This document shows positions 26,473 through 41,063 of a DNA stretch of 64,000 nt, one piece after another. The notes under the pieces were generated by a model that saw nothing but the letters and a program-made list of their open reading frames with translations, was not told the DNA's origin and ran no database searches. The stretch is from Eledone cirrhosa (Eukaryota), in assembly GCA_964016885.1 (NCBI GenBank), contig OZ024753.1, forward strand, positions 372,001 to 436,000. The letters run 5' to 3'. Position 1 is the first letter of the stretch. Each line of letters starts with the position of its first letter. The translations under genes were made by a program, and so were the position numbers.

Positions 26473-27790
26473 TCTATCTATCTACCTACCTATCTCTCTA
26501 ATGAAAGGTGGGTGAAAGTGGCGAGAATGGCCTGTAGGTTAAGGAAAAAGAGGAAGAGGCTACTCACTCTTCGTAATCCTGGAGATGAGGGTTGCACATT
26601 TTTTTTTTCGGGGGTATGTGTTACCCATATGTAATGTCTCCCCTATTGGGGAAAAATTAATTTTAAATTGCATTTGTGATAGTATTTTACACGTTTTTCT
26701 TGTATGTAAACTTCCCTCTTTGTATTTGTCCCCCTGTGGCTAATAAAGAAACATATCTATCTATCTAGAATAGTGTGTGTGGGTGTGCGTGTGTGTTACA
26801 CCGTAAGCACGTGTGCCGAATTCCTCATCAAGGTAATCAGGTGTATTGTTGTTGTACTTTTGCCCTGTATTGCATACTGCACACGACTTCGTTTCATTTG
26901 GTGCTAATGTCATGCTGCACATTGTATATTTCTTCGTCATGCTATCAGTACCAGATCTCCAAGAGAATGTTATCAGCAGTTTTTACTGAGTGACCGATAA
27001 GAGGAATCGAGTGGTTGTGGTGGGCAACAGTGACCCAGATAAAGGTTGAACATATGGGAAGAAGTTTACAGATTTTTATCAGCTTCATAGTGGCTGCAGT
27101 CCTGGTTTCGAATAGGCTCTCCATATAGATGAAGCACTACTGTTGGGCGGGCGAAAATTGGAGGCTGTCTTTGGATCTCTGTGTGCAGTGGGGGTAACAA
27201 ACAGATTCTTACATTGGCTAACACATGTGTGAAGAGGGAATGGGTTAAGATATACAAGGAGCTATCTATCTATCTATCTATCAATCAAGATGGATAGATA
27301 GATATCTTTCTTTATTTGCCACAGGGGCGTACAAAAATAGGACATTACAAGACGTGACGGCGAGGGTTTTACATAAAAATCATATAACTGTGGGTGTGTT
27401 TAGGTAGGTAGGTTTGTACGTAAGTAGAGAGAGAGAAAGAGAGAGAGGGAGAGAGTTCTTTAGCAAACATTGTGAAAAGGACAGTGCAAATTAGGTCATC
27501 CGAACCAAGAAGAAATTATGTTTGGCGAATTAAATGAGATGGCTTAATCGTGAGAGGAAACTGTCTTAAATTCGACTTTTTAGTAGCTTACTACTGCTGT
27601 TTTGTACAAGTACATCATTGCTTTAAACTGTCCTTCTTACTTGCTGTTGATTCACAGCTGTTAAAAAGTTGACATTAGGACAAAGCAAGTGTCACTTCAA
27701 TGAAATGATTTGACACTGAAAGATTGAAAACTGCATTGACTCTATATTACACAACGGCTACAATACACATCAATTGTCGGTTAGATATTC

Positions 27791-28174
27791 CAGACCTGCC
27801 AAATCTCCCCGTCCGACAGGAGATCTCCCACCCCATTTGAGGTGGGTGAGAGATGTCTTCTCTTGTGAAAATGGGTATAGCTTTCATTATGTCGATGGAT
27901 TGGCAGTATCGGTAGAGAGTCGGACGCCATGCTTTGACGCATAGAGTTACGGCCTTTGCCATTCTGAATTCAAATCCTGCCGAGGTTAACTTTGCCTTTC
28001 ATCCTTACGGGGTCGATAAAATAAAGTACCAGTAATGCACTGGGATAATTGCTGGCCTTGTGCCAAAAGTAGAAAATTATGTAAAATATCCCCATTTTGC
28101 CTCATTCCTCCTTATTTTAGGGCACTTTTTTTCATGGTACTCCCCGTTTGGGTTTTTAGAGGTTGGCAGGTCTG
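27791..28174. mobile_element. MITE interrupted by a SINE (~27893-28078)
   Basis: MITE TIRs at both ends; internal full SINE with ATTATGT duplicated. Confidence 0.85.
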
Positions 28175-28257
28175 TATATTCACATACAATCACTCTAGAT
28201 ACCGTTCTCAACGAGACATGCCAATATATATAACTGGTTGTCTCTGGCTCATAATAT

Positions 28258-28430
28258 TGATTTATAATTTAGGCACAAGGCCAGCAATTTAGGATTAAGG
28301 GAAAAGTTGATTAAATCAACGCCAGTACTTGATATGTACTATATATTATCGATCCAGGAAGGATAGAAGCTAAAGTTGATATCGGCGGGATTTGAACTCA
28401 GACTAATAAAAGCCAGAACAAATACCACAT
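28258..28430 (-). mobile_element. Diverged SINE
   Basis: Reverse-complement consensus match. Confidence 0.75.
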
Positions 28431-28830
28431 AGATAAAGAAAGGGGGGACGGAAGAAGGGAAGAATAAAAGAAAGATAGAAAGGGCGAAAGAAAAAGAGAA
28501 AAGTACACCCCACAAACGGAAGAAAAGTGAATCTAACGTAAGACTAAAAGAAAAAAAGATCTCGACGTTTAGTTCCGAGCAAGAGTGATCTGGTTGCCAA
28601 TAGGAACAAACAAGATAAAAATAACTCTCCGTCTCACTTTATGTCTGTTGTTTTAATCTGTTTAGACGTGAGCCTCTCATAGTTTGGCTTCCTGTCTGTA
28701 AACTCTTCCGTCCGTAATCAATAAACCATGTTGCTAGTGAATGGCTGACTGCCATGACAGGTTTATTTTACAAATTTTGTGTAGATCTTTCTCTCACCTT
28801 CAATTTTTACATCTCTCTCTCTATTATATA

Positions 28831-28908
<78 letters not shown>

Positions 28909-31274
28909 CAATGTGACCCTCCCAAAGTATAACAATATATATACACATATATGTGTGTATCTACCTATCAACCAATAACTCTCTCTCTCAATCTTTCCCT
29001 CTCTCTCTCCCCTTCTCTCTCTATATATATATCTAGCTATCGATATATCTATCTCCCCCCCCCCCCCCCCATGTACTTCTATCATTCTTCATACTTATGT
29101 AACAAGAAATGGCAGCTAATTCTCCCTCTCATCACATCGCACCCGCCCGTCTTAAGTAAGGATAACTTAAGATTGGATAACGTACTCCTAAAAATACGAA
29201 AGGAGGGTCGTGGCTAGAACGTCTTTTTTCGTAGGTCAGTTTGATCAGGCGAAAATCAACAAGAGCAATAACAGCAATAATAACAACGATCACTGTCTTA
29301 GTACCTAGCTATCAGTCTGTCTGTTTGTCTATCTATCAGTCTCTGTCTAGCCACAAAACACGCTCCTGAAGTTGAGGGTTGTTCTATCTACGGGGTATTA
29401 AACAACCCATTTGTGGCGCCTCCCCCCTATTGGGGATTTCGATTGTTTAGTTTGTTTGTTTCAATATTTTTACACGATTGTATGTAAAATCCCCGGCATG
29501 TGTCTTTGTTTTGTCCCCTTTTCTTGTGCGCCCTTGTGGCAAATAAAGAATCTGTCTATCTATCAGTCTGTCGGTCTACCTATCTATGTATATATCTGCG
29601 GTTTTCCTCTGGTAGTTATGGCGAAAGAGGTAATATGGTGGACGAGGTTAAAAGGACTGAGGGCAAATACCTTTCTCTCCGGACAACAACTCATCCCCTT
29701 CTTTAAGTACCACTTCAGAAGGAAGGTGAGAGTGGAGAGAGTGGAGAGAGAGGTGCTACATCCCAGTAAATTCGCTGAAAGGTGGGTGAATGTGGCGAAA
29801 ATGGCCCGAGTGAATGGGCCTTCTCTGTATATAAACCTGTAGGTTGAGGAAGATAAACAGAAGGAAGACGGGAACACCTACAAAGCGTGTTCCTGGTGTT
29901 GAGGGTTGTTCTATCCACGGGGTGTAAAACAACCCCGCAGTGGCGTTGCCCCCTTCCCCCTAATGGCGATTTCATTTGTTTTATTTTTATATAGTTTCTT
30001 GTTATTTATCATTGTTAAAGATTTTATGTAAAACCCCCGCCGTCACGTCTTGTAATGTCCCATTTTTGTGCGCCCCTGTGGCAAATAAAGAAAGGTATTT
30101 ATGTATGTATATATCAGATATGTTTCTTTATTAGCCACAGGGGCACAAAAGAAGGGGACAAATACAAAGAAGGAAGTTTACATACAATAAAAACGTGTAA
30201 AATATCACAAATGCAATTTAAAAAATTAGTCGAATAGGGGGAGACAGTTCATATAGGTAACACATACCCCCGAAAAAATGTGCAACCCTCATCTCCAGGA
30301 GTACGAAGAGTTTGTACTCCTTTCCTCTCCTCCTCCTTTTCCTCAACCTACAGGCTGATATAGAGAGAATGCCCATTCACTCGGGCCATTCTCGCCACTT
30401 TCACCCACCTTTCATAAAACTTGCTGGGGTACAGCACCTCTCTCTCCATCCTGATTCTTCTTCCAAAGTGGTATTTGAAAAATAGACAGAGACTATCTAT
30501 TTATGCAATTAATCTTGCTTCTTTCTACTAATCTTTCGCTGCTTCTCTTAACAACTCTTTACCAATCAATTGATCGATAAATCATATCGATCTACGTAGC
30601 TAGTTGTTTTGATCACCCTGTCTACTTATACATATCACATAAATATCCTCGCGCACACTCTCTTCACACTTTTTCCTCTTTATATGGTTTGTTCTTTTCT
30701 ATTATTATTGAATCTCTCTCACCCTCCATTTCCTACTCTATTTTTCTTATTCTTTCTCTCCTATACATTCATTTCTTATTCTTTCTCTCCTATACAATCA
30801 TTTCTTACTCTTTCTCTCCTATACATTCGTTTCTTTCTATCTTACTGTTATTTCTTCTTTTCATATCTTTCATCCTCCTTCTCACTCCTTCCTTCTCAAA
30901 CCACCGTTTCTTTCTTTCCATCTCTCTTTCCATCTCTCTTTCTGTCTATTTATCTCTCTCTTTCTTCCAATCTTCGTCTCATCTCGTCTGTTTCTTTCAC
31001 TCCAGTCTAACCACAACAGCCATCGCCATAAACAATCAACACAGTAAACAAGGATTTGTTGCTGATAGTTACCGATATGACAAAGGTTTCATTGTTGTCA
31101 CCTTAGATACCAGTAGGGCGGTGGTGGAGTGGGTCTGTTTATTTACTGGTCGTCAGGTTTGGTTAGGTGGAAAGAACGAGAGAACGAGATAAAGTTTTGG
31201 ACAGTTGAAGTGTAAGTAGCAGCTAGCAACAGCAGTAGTAGCCAGTCCTCGGGGTGGGGTGGAAGTCATCACCG

Positions 31275-31555
31275 TGGGTGGAAGTCCGTACTATGGGTGG
31301 AAGTCAGTACTATGGGCGGAAGTCAGTACTATGGGTGAAAGTCAGCACAATGTGTGGAAGTCAGCACTATATGTGGAAGTCAGCACTATGGGTGGAAGTC
31401 AGTACTATGAGTAGAAGCCAGCACTATGGGTAGTAGTCAGTACTATATGTGGAAGTCAGCACTATGGGTGGAAGTCAGTAGTATGGGTAGTAGTCAGCAC
31501 TATATGTGGAAGTCAGTACTATGGGTGGAAGTCAACACTATGTGTGGAAGTCAAC
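31275..31555. repeat. ~19-21-bp minisatellite (GGAAGTCAGCACTATGGGT-like)
   Basis: About 14 imperfect tandem units without unique spacers. Confidence 0.85.
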
Positions 31556-32153
31556 AAATAGGTAAGACCTATGGAAAGACCAGAATGTGGCGGATCGCCA
31601 AGAGGTATGGAGATGCTTACAAGGAGCATTTTATGCCAGCTCTGGAGATGGAAAATATCCAGCAACCAAAAGCGGAGAGGCACAGCCTACTAAAATGGCG
31701 ACAGAAATAGTAGCGGGCAATAAACAAGACCAGGACAGCCAGGCTGAGACCAAACTTCCTCAACTGACTTGGGCTAGTGAGAAAACTAAGATGAGTGTAA
31801 CGGATGGGATGGTTAATTTAATCGACCTCTGTTAGTATTGCAGAGTTTCATGCCGGCTGCAAGGAACAACCTTCAATCATCCAACTGAAAGAGTCTATCG
31901 CGATATCATATATCGATATCTCATATCGTATATCGTGGTACGGTAAAGAACTGGGAATTTCCTTTTAGGATTTCTACCATTGCCTGTCCAATTTGCGGCT
32001 TATTGCCAGGGATTTGGTATGGCTACTGCCGTGTGAGTCTGGGTGGGTGGGTGGTGGTGATAACTTTACTGTCATCCATCCACAAGGATAAGCAGGTGAG
32101 TGGTGCACTTGAGCTTTAGTGGCAGCTGTAAAAGGTTGTGATATAGAACACTA

Positions 32154-32352
32154 TAGACCTGCCAACCTCTAAAAACCCAAACGGGGATACCATGAAAAAA
32201 CAAAAAGGGCCCCAAAACGGGGAGAAATGAGGCAAAATGGGGAGATTTTACATAATGAAAGCTATACCCATTTTCACAACAGAGGACATCTCTCACCCAC
32301 CCCAAAGTGGGTGGGAGATCTCCCCGTTCGACAGGAAAAGTTGGCAGGTCTG
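32154..32352. mobile_element. MITE with 13-bp TIR (C)AGACCTGCCAAC
   Basis: TIRs at both ends; four copies in the window. Confidence 0.85.
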
Positions 32353-32667
32353 GCATTAGCGCAAAATGTAATTCAAACAGGTATTATTACTGTCATACGG
32401 CTAGATTGAACTGCTACTTTTGAAAACAAAAAAAACTTCTTTTGTTTCATTCTCTGCCTGTTAAAATTAACAGCCGAATCTACCTTAAATCACATGCCAG
32501 TGTTTGTGTTGGAATAAAAGAATGGATTGTCATGATTGGAATACTTTTGACCAGAAGCTTTCTGGTGTTAAATATAACTCATTTAGTCACCACCACAACC
32601 AAGACGACGACGATGACCACAACCTCCATTATTATGATTCTGGGAGTGGAACACTCCAATGAGAAAT

Positions 32668-32850
32668 AATTGTTTGTACTTTAGGCACAAGGCCAGCAAT
32701 TACCCAGTACATTACTGGTACTTTATTTTATCGACCCCGTAAGGATGAAAGGCAAAGTTAACCTCGGCGGGATTTGAACTCAGACTGCAAAGGGACGTAA
32801 CTATGCTAGAAAGCAAGGCGTCCAACCCTCCACCGACACTGCCAATTCAC
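32668..32850 (-). mobile_element. SINE
   Basis: Full-length consensus match. Confidence 0.9.
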
Positions 32851-33728
32851 AAATAATGAAAGCGATTAGTAGAGCTCTTGTTTTTATTCGTTCTCATGTT
32901 CTTTCTGTGTCCACTTAGTTCGCAAAATACACAATATACATTCATTCATACAAGATTTGCTTTATCTCCCACAGTTCTTTCAAACTGAGTCTATTTGTAT
33001 TATTTTCTTATCCAGTAAATTGATCCCATTACTTGCTATTATATTCCTTTGTTTCATTATAAATATTCTACAGTTTTTAATTCTAAATCGTACGTTTTCA
33101 TGTATTGTTGCATTAAGGTGTCTATTTGATCTTCGTCTTTTGCAAACAGTTTCTAGTTATTCATGTGTAGTTTATTGATTTTATGCAAACTCGGCTTTTA
33201 TATCCATGCCATATCATTTATACAGATAATGTTAATAGTGTATTGCGTATCGCAAAAAATGAAGGGGTTGTGTTATACGGTTAACTATCAATTCTTTTAT
33301 ATCCACTGCTCTCCCCATCATCACTAAACATTCTAATATCCGAGAGTGAAGAATCATATTATGGTCTCTTTTATAGTAGACCTCTCCATTACAATGTTTG
33401 TAATGGCAGAATATTCATTTATCTACCAGTGATTTTTCCTAAGTTCTACTGATATTTCTCTAACGTATCGAGATTTCTGTTCTGATATCAATATACCCTG
33501 TAATGCTAAACGCTGGTAATTCTTTCGTGGTGGCTTTTTTATGGCAAATAAAAATACTTTCTCAGCTTTTATGGATAATTAAATTAACGGAAAGCATGAC
33601 GTTGATATACTAAGCAATATTCTTTTGACGTGGGAGAGCTACACTGTATTTTCCAGAGAACTTTTATGTTGAATATTATAGAGGTTTTACAAAATGCCTT
33701 ACTTAGTCTGATAGATAGATGGATAGAA

Positions 33729-33794
<66 letters not shown>

Positions 33795-35704
33795 TTCTTT
33801 ATTTGCCACAAGGGCGCACAAGAAAAGGGGACAATACAAAGACATGCCGGGGATTTTACATACAGTCGTGTAAAAAATATAAAACAAACAATTATAACAA
33901 TCGAAATCCCCAATGGGGGGGGGGGGGGGGCACAAATGGGTTGTTTAATACCCTGTCGATAGAACAACCCTCAACTTCAGGAGCGTGTTGTTCAAGTGCT
34001 CCTTTCTTCCTTTTGTTCTCTTCTTTAACCTACAGGCTAATAAACGGGCCATTTTTGATAGATGGGTGGATAGGTGTGTGGATGTATAAATGGACGGGTG
34101 GTCTGGGGAACATGTGGATGAATGGATTGATGGATGGACGGACAGTTGAACATACAGACAGATATGAAATGGCAGCTACCAATCTGTTAAAACAAAAACA
34201 AACAAAAAATGGAACGGAAAAATAGAGCGCCGTACTAAAACAAAATTTTGAACTACATACTTGATACAAGATGGCGAGTTGTTAGTATTGTATTGGTTTA
34301 CTAGATTGTGGGTCGTTAGTTCAAATTGACTGCAGGATGTTCATTGTGTTTCTGGGCAGAATTGTAAACTATAAAACCCTTTTGAGATCAACTCAACTAA
34401 ATCCGACTAAACTCGGCTCTAGCTCTATGAAACAAAATCACCCATTTTAAACAGCTCCTATTTAAATTAAAATATTCCAGCATAATTTTATATAAGAACC
34501 ATGTTAAATAACTATCTCACGAATGAAACGTAGTAAAACACTCAAACTTCTTAATTATTTCATTCAAATACAGTGTATTTTATTAGAAATATGGTCATGA
34601 AAGGGTTAATTTTTTCCAGGTTATTTACGGATGGAAGCAGGGCTCCTCTTAATTAACTTCAATAAACCAGCATATTACCAAACGGACAAGAGAATCAGTT
34701 TTCTTCAGCTTTAATCTTATACTTCGACTAAATCATCAGTTCTATAAATCCCATGGATTTATGACTTATTCATAATCAAGCACTAACACCACACACCCTA
34801 ATCAGCTGAGTCACAGGTATTTATAGTTAAACTATACAAGTACCGCAGCGCTATCAACCAGATTTTCGTCTGATATCAATGCAGAACAAGTAAAGTAAAC
34901 CTATTTCAACGCATGCGTATATTATCAGCGGATTACCTGCATTTGCATTTATTATATCGAACACCGACTATTTCATGTTGCGAAAGATCGATAACCAAAC
35001 GAATCTACTAGGAACATCGTTGCACAACGGTTTAGCAAAATAAGTCAACTTTTCTGTGGTGAAGGACAACAGAATTTGTCATTTTATATTCTGACCTGGA
35101 ATCCCGTTGAGGCCGAGTTTGATTTTCATGCTTATGAAGTCGATAAAGAAAGTACCAGTGATAAACTGAATGGTTGGTTGGTTGGTTGGTTGGTGCGTGT
35201 GCGTGTGTGTGTGCAAAAAATAAGGATTTGTGTCTATGTTAGAAATTAACGTTAAAGCACAGAGATATAATCAGGGTCGGTGGAAGCATTTCTGAGTGGG
35301 ATGGGGTAGCGGGTGGAGTATATTTGGTCAATTTAGTTGCAGTGATTAGTTTAGCTGTTATTATCAAATATCAATCAAGATATATATTTTTAAAAAAACT
35401 TCGATATGCGATAAACATAACATGTAGATAAATTGTAGCACATATACAAATGGATGTGTGTTTTGGTAGTTTGGGGAGAAAAATATAATTATTATCGAAG
35501 GGAGCATGGTCCCCTCGGCCTCCCCTGTTCCACCTCCCATGATAATTGATTGTTTCTACATTGGACACAAGGCTAACAATTTGTGTGTGTGCGTGTTCTT
35601 ATATATTTGCATACATGCATACTGTGTACAATAACCATACAACAAATTTGTTTTCATTTCTTGAAAACATTTTCTTGTTTTTATCATTATTTACATGTCG
35701 GCCA

Positions 35705-36105
35705 GTGGATTAGCAGTATCAGTAGAGAGTCGGACACCATACTTTGCAGCATAGAGTTACGGCCCTTTATGATCAGAGTTCAAATCCCGCCGAGGTTAAC
35801 TTTGCCTTTCATCCTTACGGGGTCAATAAAATAAAGTACCAGTAATGCACTGGGGTAATTGCTGGCCTTGGGCCAAAAGTAGAAACAATTATTTACATGT
35901 CGGCCCTGATGGCCAATAAATGATTGGCAGTATCGGTAGAGGGTCGGACGCCATGCTTTGACGCGTAGAGTTACGGCCTTTACCATTCTGAGTTCAAATC
36001 CCGCCGAGGTTAACTTTGCCTTTCATCCTTACGGGGTCGATAAAATAAAGTACCAGTAATACACTAGGTAATTGCTGGCCTTGTGCCAAAAGTACAAACA
36101 ATTAT
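35705..36105 (+). mobile_element. Two adjacent SINE copies
   Basis: Consensus matches; the first is flanked by the TSD ATTATTTACATGTCGGCC. Confidence 0.9.
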
Positions 36106-36587
36106 TATACCCACGAAGCAAATAAAACAATCATCGTTATGAACATCACCTTCATTGCCAGCAGTATAAAAATCAACATCATTAAACAAAACGAACTAAC
36201 AATAAAAAGGTGTATATTTTTGGCAGCGAGACATCTTAGGAGTGAGTAAAAACAGCAAGGCAATGCTGGCTGGTCAAATTGACCTGAAGCTTGCCCAACG
36301 GATGCTATTGAAAAATAGCGATTAAATATGAGGGAGAGAGGAGTAAATCGTTTGTGGTGGATACGAGAGAAGGAAAGAGAGGGGGGGGAGAATAAAGGAG
36401 AGAGAAAGAGGAGTGAGAAAGAGGGGGGAGAGAAAGAGGAGTGAGAAAAAGAGGAGTGAGGAAAAGAGGAGTGAGAGAGAGAGGGGGAGTATAAAGGAAA
36501 GAGAGTAGGATAAGAGAGTGAGGAGAGAGTGAGGAGAGAGAGAGAGAGAGGAGTGACAGAGAGAGGAGTGACAGAGAGAGGAGTGAC

Positions 36588-36636
<49 letters not shown>

Positions 36637-37454
36637 TGAGAGAGAAAGAATGTGTGAGGAATGAGAGTGAAAGTGAGAAGTGAATGAGAGAGAGAGAGAG
36701 GGGGGGGGTCCAGCAGAGATAGTGATTGTGAATTATCAGCTCAGAGAGATTGCCTGCCAGATTCACGCATGCGCACTTACACATGCCATCGTCTGTCTGA
36801 GATATTTCAACCTTTTACAGTATAGTTTATTGTCGCAAGATAACGGACCAATATACTGTTCATCGATTTTATCAATCCTGCTTATTTTGACATGTTTTCT
36901 TCCCTTCTTTCTTATTGTTGTTTTTTCTTCATAGTCATCAATTTTTTGTTAAGTATCTCACCATTACACAATGTGCAGTGTATACAGGTGAATATCTGCA
37001 GACGGACAGGTAGACAGACTGATAGATAAATAGATAGACAGAGAGACATATAGATAGACAAAGAGATGGATAGATATGTTTCTTTAAAGAGATAGATAGA
37101 TAGATTTCTTTATTTGCCACAAGAGCGCACAAGAAATGGGACATTACAAGAGGTATGGCGGGGATTTTACATTTAAGCGTGTAAACAAAAGTTTTAACAT
37201 TTATAAAATAATAAATAACAATCGAAATCCCCAATAGGGGGAACGTTACAATTGGGTTGTTTTACACCCCGTAGATAGAACTCAACTCCAGGAGCATGTT
37301 TTGTAAGTGTTCCTGTCTACTCTCTTTTGTCTTCTTCAACCTACGGGTTTATGTACAGAGAAGGCCCGATTACTCAGGCCATTTTCGCTACATTCACCCA
37401 CCTTTCAACGAATTTACTGGGGTGCAGCACTTCTCTCTCCACTTTCGACTATAT

Positions 37455-37503
<49 letters not shown>

Positions 37504-37663
37504 AAGGTGTGGTAAGATACCAGGTGGACCATAACGCACCAGAGTACTCGATACTTAGGGTGTAGAGTGGGTAATAGGAAGAGTCAGGACCTTGACGGCT
37601 GATCTCCAGCCGTTTCGACAGCTAGATCCGGTCGGATCAGCCGTCAGGGTCCTGACTCTTTTC

Positions 37664-37710
<47 letters not shown>

Positions 37711-38204
37711 CACAACACACACGGAGGGCAGTGTGTAAAAGTGAAACTAATTGTTGTAAAGAGTTGAGGCTTGAAAATATTTGATTTATATTCCGATGGC
37801 ATGAATACACCAACAATACGTGCACCCACGCCCGATGTGTAACCTGACGCCTATGTTAGAAATCCTTATTTAATTTTTTAAAAAATTGGGGGGGGGGGGG
37901 GTTCTATTTTGTTGTGTGTATTATTTAGTTAGACATTGTGAAATGGTAATGTTGATATTTTCGTTTGTTCTACGAAACACAAAAGCATCAGTGCAAAATG
38001 TGATGTTACAAATGCAGTCTTGCACCATGCACTTCACGATCTCTTTAAGCTTCGTCTTCCCCCATCCAGCTCCTCCCGCCATCCAGCTCCTCCCTCTTAC
38101 AATCGTTCTCAACATGAAAGTATATTCATATATATATATATATATATATATTCATATATATATATATATATATATATTCATATATATATATATATATATA
38201 TATA

Positions 38205-38240
<36 letters not shown>

Positions 38241-38340
38241 TATATATATATATATATATATATGAATATATATATATATATATATATATGAATATATATA
38301 TATATATATATATATGAATATATATATATATATATATATA

Positions 38341-38390
<50 letters not shown>

Positions 38391-38503
38391 CACACACACA
38401 CATGTATATATATATATGTAAAAGGTAAGCAGAAATAACAACACAATCGATACAGTATATGGAAGGAATATATTACTTTAACGTTTAAAATAGAAGGAAG
38501 AAG

Positions 38504-38541
38504 TTCTTAACGTTTCGAACGCTAGTCCTTCATCAGAAGAA
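38504..38541 (-). ncRNA. Minimal type I hammerhead ribozyme
   Basis: - strand: TTCTT-CTGATGA-A-GGAC(TAGC)GTTC-GAAA-CG-TT-AAGAA. Confidence 0.8.
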
Positions 38542-38587
38542 AGAATGAGAAATTAGAAAGATTGAAGGGACGGGCTGGGCGGAATCG

Positions 38588-38644
<57 letters not shown>

Positions 38645-38692
38645 ATTGAAGAATAACATGGTCGGCTGTACAACAAGGGGCTTTATTTCAAG

Positions 38693-38801
38693 TATTAACA
38701 ATTGTTTCATTGATCAGGTGAGTCTAAAGGCCGCTAATCATTCGAGGTTGCGTCACTCGACCTTAAATACAGTGTTTACCTCTGATGAATTCCTCAGAAT
38801 A
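38693..38801 (-). ncRNA. Type I hammerhead ribozyme with ~80-nt stem II (family I)
   Basis: - strand: TATT-CTGAGGA-ATTCATCAG...CTGATCAAT-GAAA-CAATTG-TT-AATA; palindromic stem III ACAATTGT. Confidence 0.7.
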
Positions 38802-38899
38802 ATATATCTATATCTATATATAGTTTAAAATGAACTAACAAAACACAGGAGGCAATTGTACAGTTATATTAGGTTCCCTCTTGGTGGAAGTGGAGGTGG

Positions 38900-38935
38900 T
38901 TTCGACGTTTCGGACAGAAGTTTTTCATCAGGAAA
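38900..38935 (-). ncRNA. Minimal hammerhead ribozyme with decayed stem II
   Basis: - strand: TTTC-CTGATGA-AAAAC(TTCT)GTCC-GAAA-CG-TC-GAAA. Confidence 0.6.
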
Positions 38936-39166
38936 GTTTGGATCTGTGTGTGTGTGTGTGTATTTTGTATATCTAATGATATACGGTGTTTACGAATAAA
39001 CATTTGAAAGCCTTTAGTTATGAATTTTGGAAGGCCCTCTTCACGCCTAGTATTTTCTATACTCCCTTATGGTGGAGTAAATCTAGGCTATAAAAGGTGA
39101 ACCATTTCTAGGGTGGGAAGATATACACATATATATATATATATATAATTCTCCACACATCGAAAT

Positions 39167-39217
<51 letters not shown>

Positions 39218-39319
39218 AGAGAAGAGAGAGAGACGAAAGAACAATTCAATATTATTTACATTTCAAGGTTCAAATATTTAAATTGTAAAAGGTTTGTTTC
39301 TAGAGCACACACACACACA

Positions 39320-39380
<61 letters not shown>

Positions 39381-40039
39381 TACATACACATGGACGAAAG
39401 AGCAGTTGAAAGAAATAAGACTATCAGAGGTCGAAAATCCAACCGGATGCTGTAAATCACACATAAACACATATATACAAACACACAAAGACCAATTGAA
39501 TGTTATTTACATTTCAAGGTTTAAATATAAAACGATCGATTGGTGTCAAATTTTGAAGATAAAAAAAAATCGATTTTGCTCAGTGGAAAGAGGATATATG
39601 CAGTGTCCAGAGAGGAAACTAAATATCGTCGGGAAGCGACAAGGACTCGACACCATGATAATAAAATCTGGACACTAACAAGGAAAGATAGGTGAAATGA
39701 AGACTGCATGACTCCAGGATAATAGATTTAGGCACAGCGAAATGAGGGTCCCTAGGCTCCATGTTAATAGTCAAAACACAAAACATGGAGTGACTGTTGG
39801 GATGAGGGCCGCTTGACTATGATAATAGTCAGAACACAAAATAATGAAAGATAGGTCGATTGAAGGCCGCTTGACTATGATAATAGTTAGAGCATAAAAC
39901 AAGGAGGGATATAAAGCCATTTCAAATATGAGAAACTGATTTTCTTTATGATGTAGTATATCCATAGCTGCAATTTATGTTGGCAGATTTCAAGATGGAG
40001 TGGACGATATATTGCAAAATAGTGTATCTACGTTACAAA

Positions 40040-40225
40040 TAATTGTTTCTACTATTGGCACAAGGCCAGAAATTACCCAGTACATTACTGGTACTTTATT
40101 TTATCGACCCCGTAAGGATGAAAGGCAAAGTTAACCTCGGCGGGATTTGAACTCAGAATAGCAAGGGCCGTAACTCTATGCATCAAAGCATGGCGTCCGA
40201 CCCTCTACCGATACTGCCAATCCAA
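40040..40225 (-). mobile_element. SINE
   Basis: Full-length consensus match. Confidence 0.9.
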
Positions 40226-40327
40226 TGCAAACATTCATGCCGATGTCCCAGTAACAAACTGGTAACTAAATGGTAATTTACGTTCTGAGTTCAAATCCTG
40301 CCGAGATTAGCTTTGCCTTTCATCCTT

Positions 40328-40530
40328 TGTTATGATGATGTGACACATCTGTACAAAACGAGTGTAAACCCTTAGGTATTCACCAGGCGTAATTCTGAAC
40401 TACCAACGAGAAACTACGAGACTTCGTACACACAATTGCCCTGACAGTTCACTTCAGGTCTTAATTATAGAGTTTCGCCTAGTCCACTTTTAGATACGCG
40501 TGGATATTCAGGGTTTTTTTCCCCACAACA
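40328..40530. mobile_element. Solo LTR-like insertion splitting a SINE (40278-40642)
   Basis: TGTT...AACA termini and an imperfect 5-bp TSD TCCTT/CCCTT; SINE sequence resumes directly after it. Confidence 0.7.
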
Positions 40531-41030
40531 CCCTTACGGAGTCGATAAAATAAAACACCAGCAAATCACTGGAATCAATTTAATCGACTTTTTCCCCCTC
40601 CCCCAAAATTGCTGGCTTTGTGCCTAAAGTAGAAACCATTATTTACCAGACAACGCCGAGTGGCATGTCGAGTAGATATCACGAATTATATTAAAGATAA
40701 AAGTGAACGAGATGGGGGTTAGCCTTGGCTGTTTTATTCTAAATGTCTAGGTTCAACGATTTTAAACACAGGAGAATTGGATGAGATTTATTTATTCGTT
40801 ATTTTCGGTATTTGTGGACAATGTAAAACTGGTATTCAGGAAAACAATAACAAAAAGCCAAGCAAAGCTACAAATTGAAATTAAAAAGAATATAAGTACA
40901 AAAATGTTATCAGTTACAAAGACCTTTGTTTGGGTGAACACTAGTATTATTTATTCAATTATTCAAAGAAAAAATTCGTGTGTGTGTATACAAATTAGAA
41001 ATATTCGTGTGTGTATATATGTGTATCTGT

Positions 41031-41063
<33 letters not shown>

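Noticed and set aside
26780-27260. Unique sequence with short Cys-containing frames on the - strand (similarly 18080-18240, 19640-19990, 32940-33640, 44880-45180)
   Set aside because: The frames are short or interrupted and no protein family was recognised.
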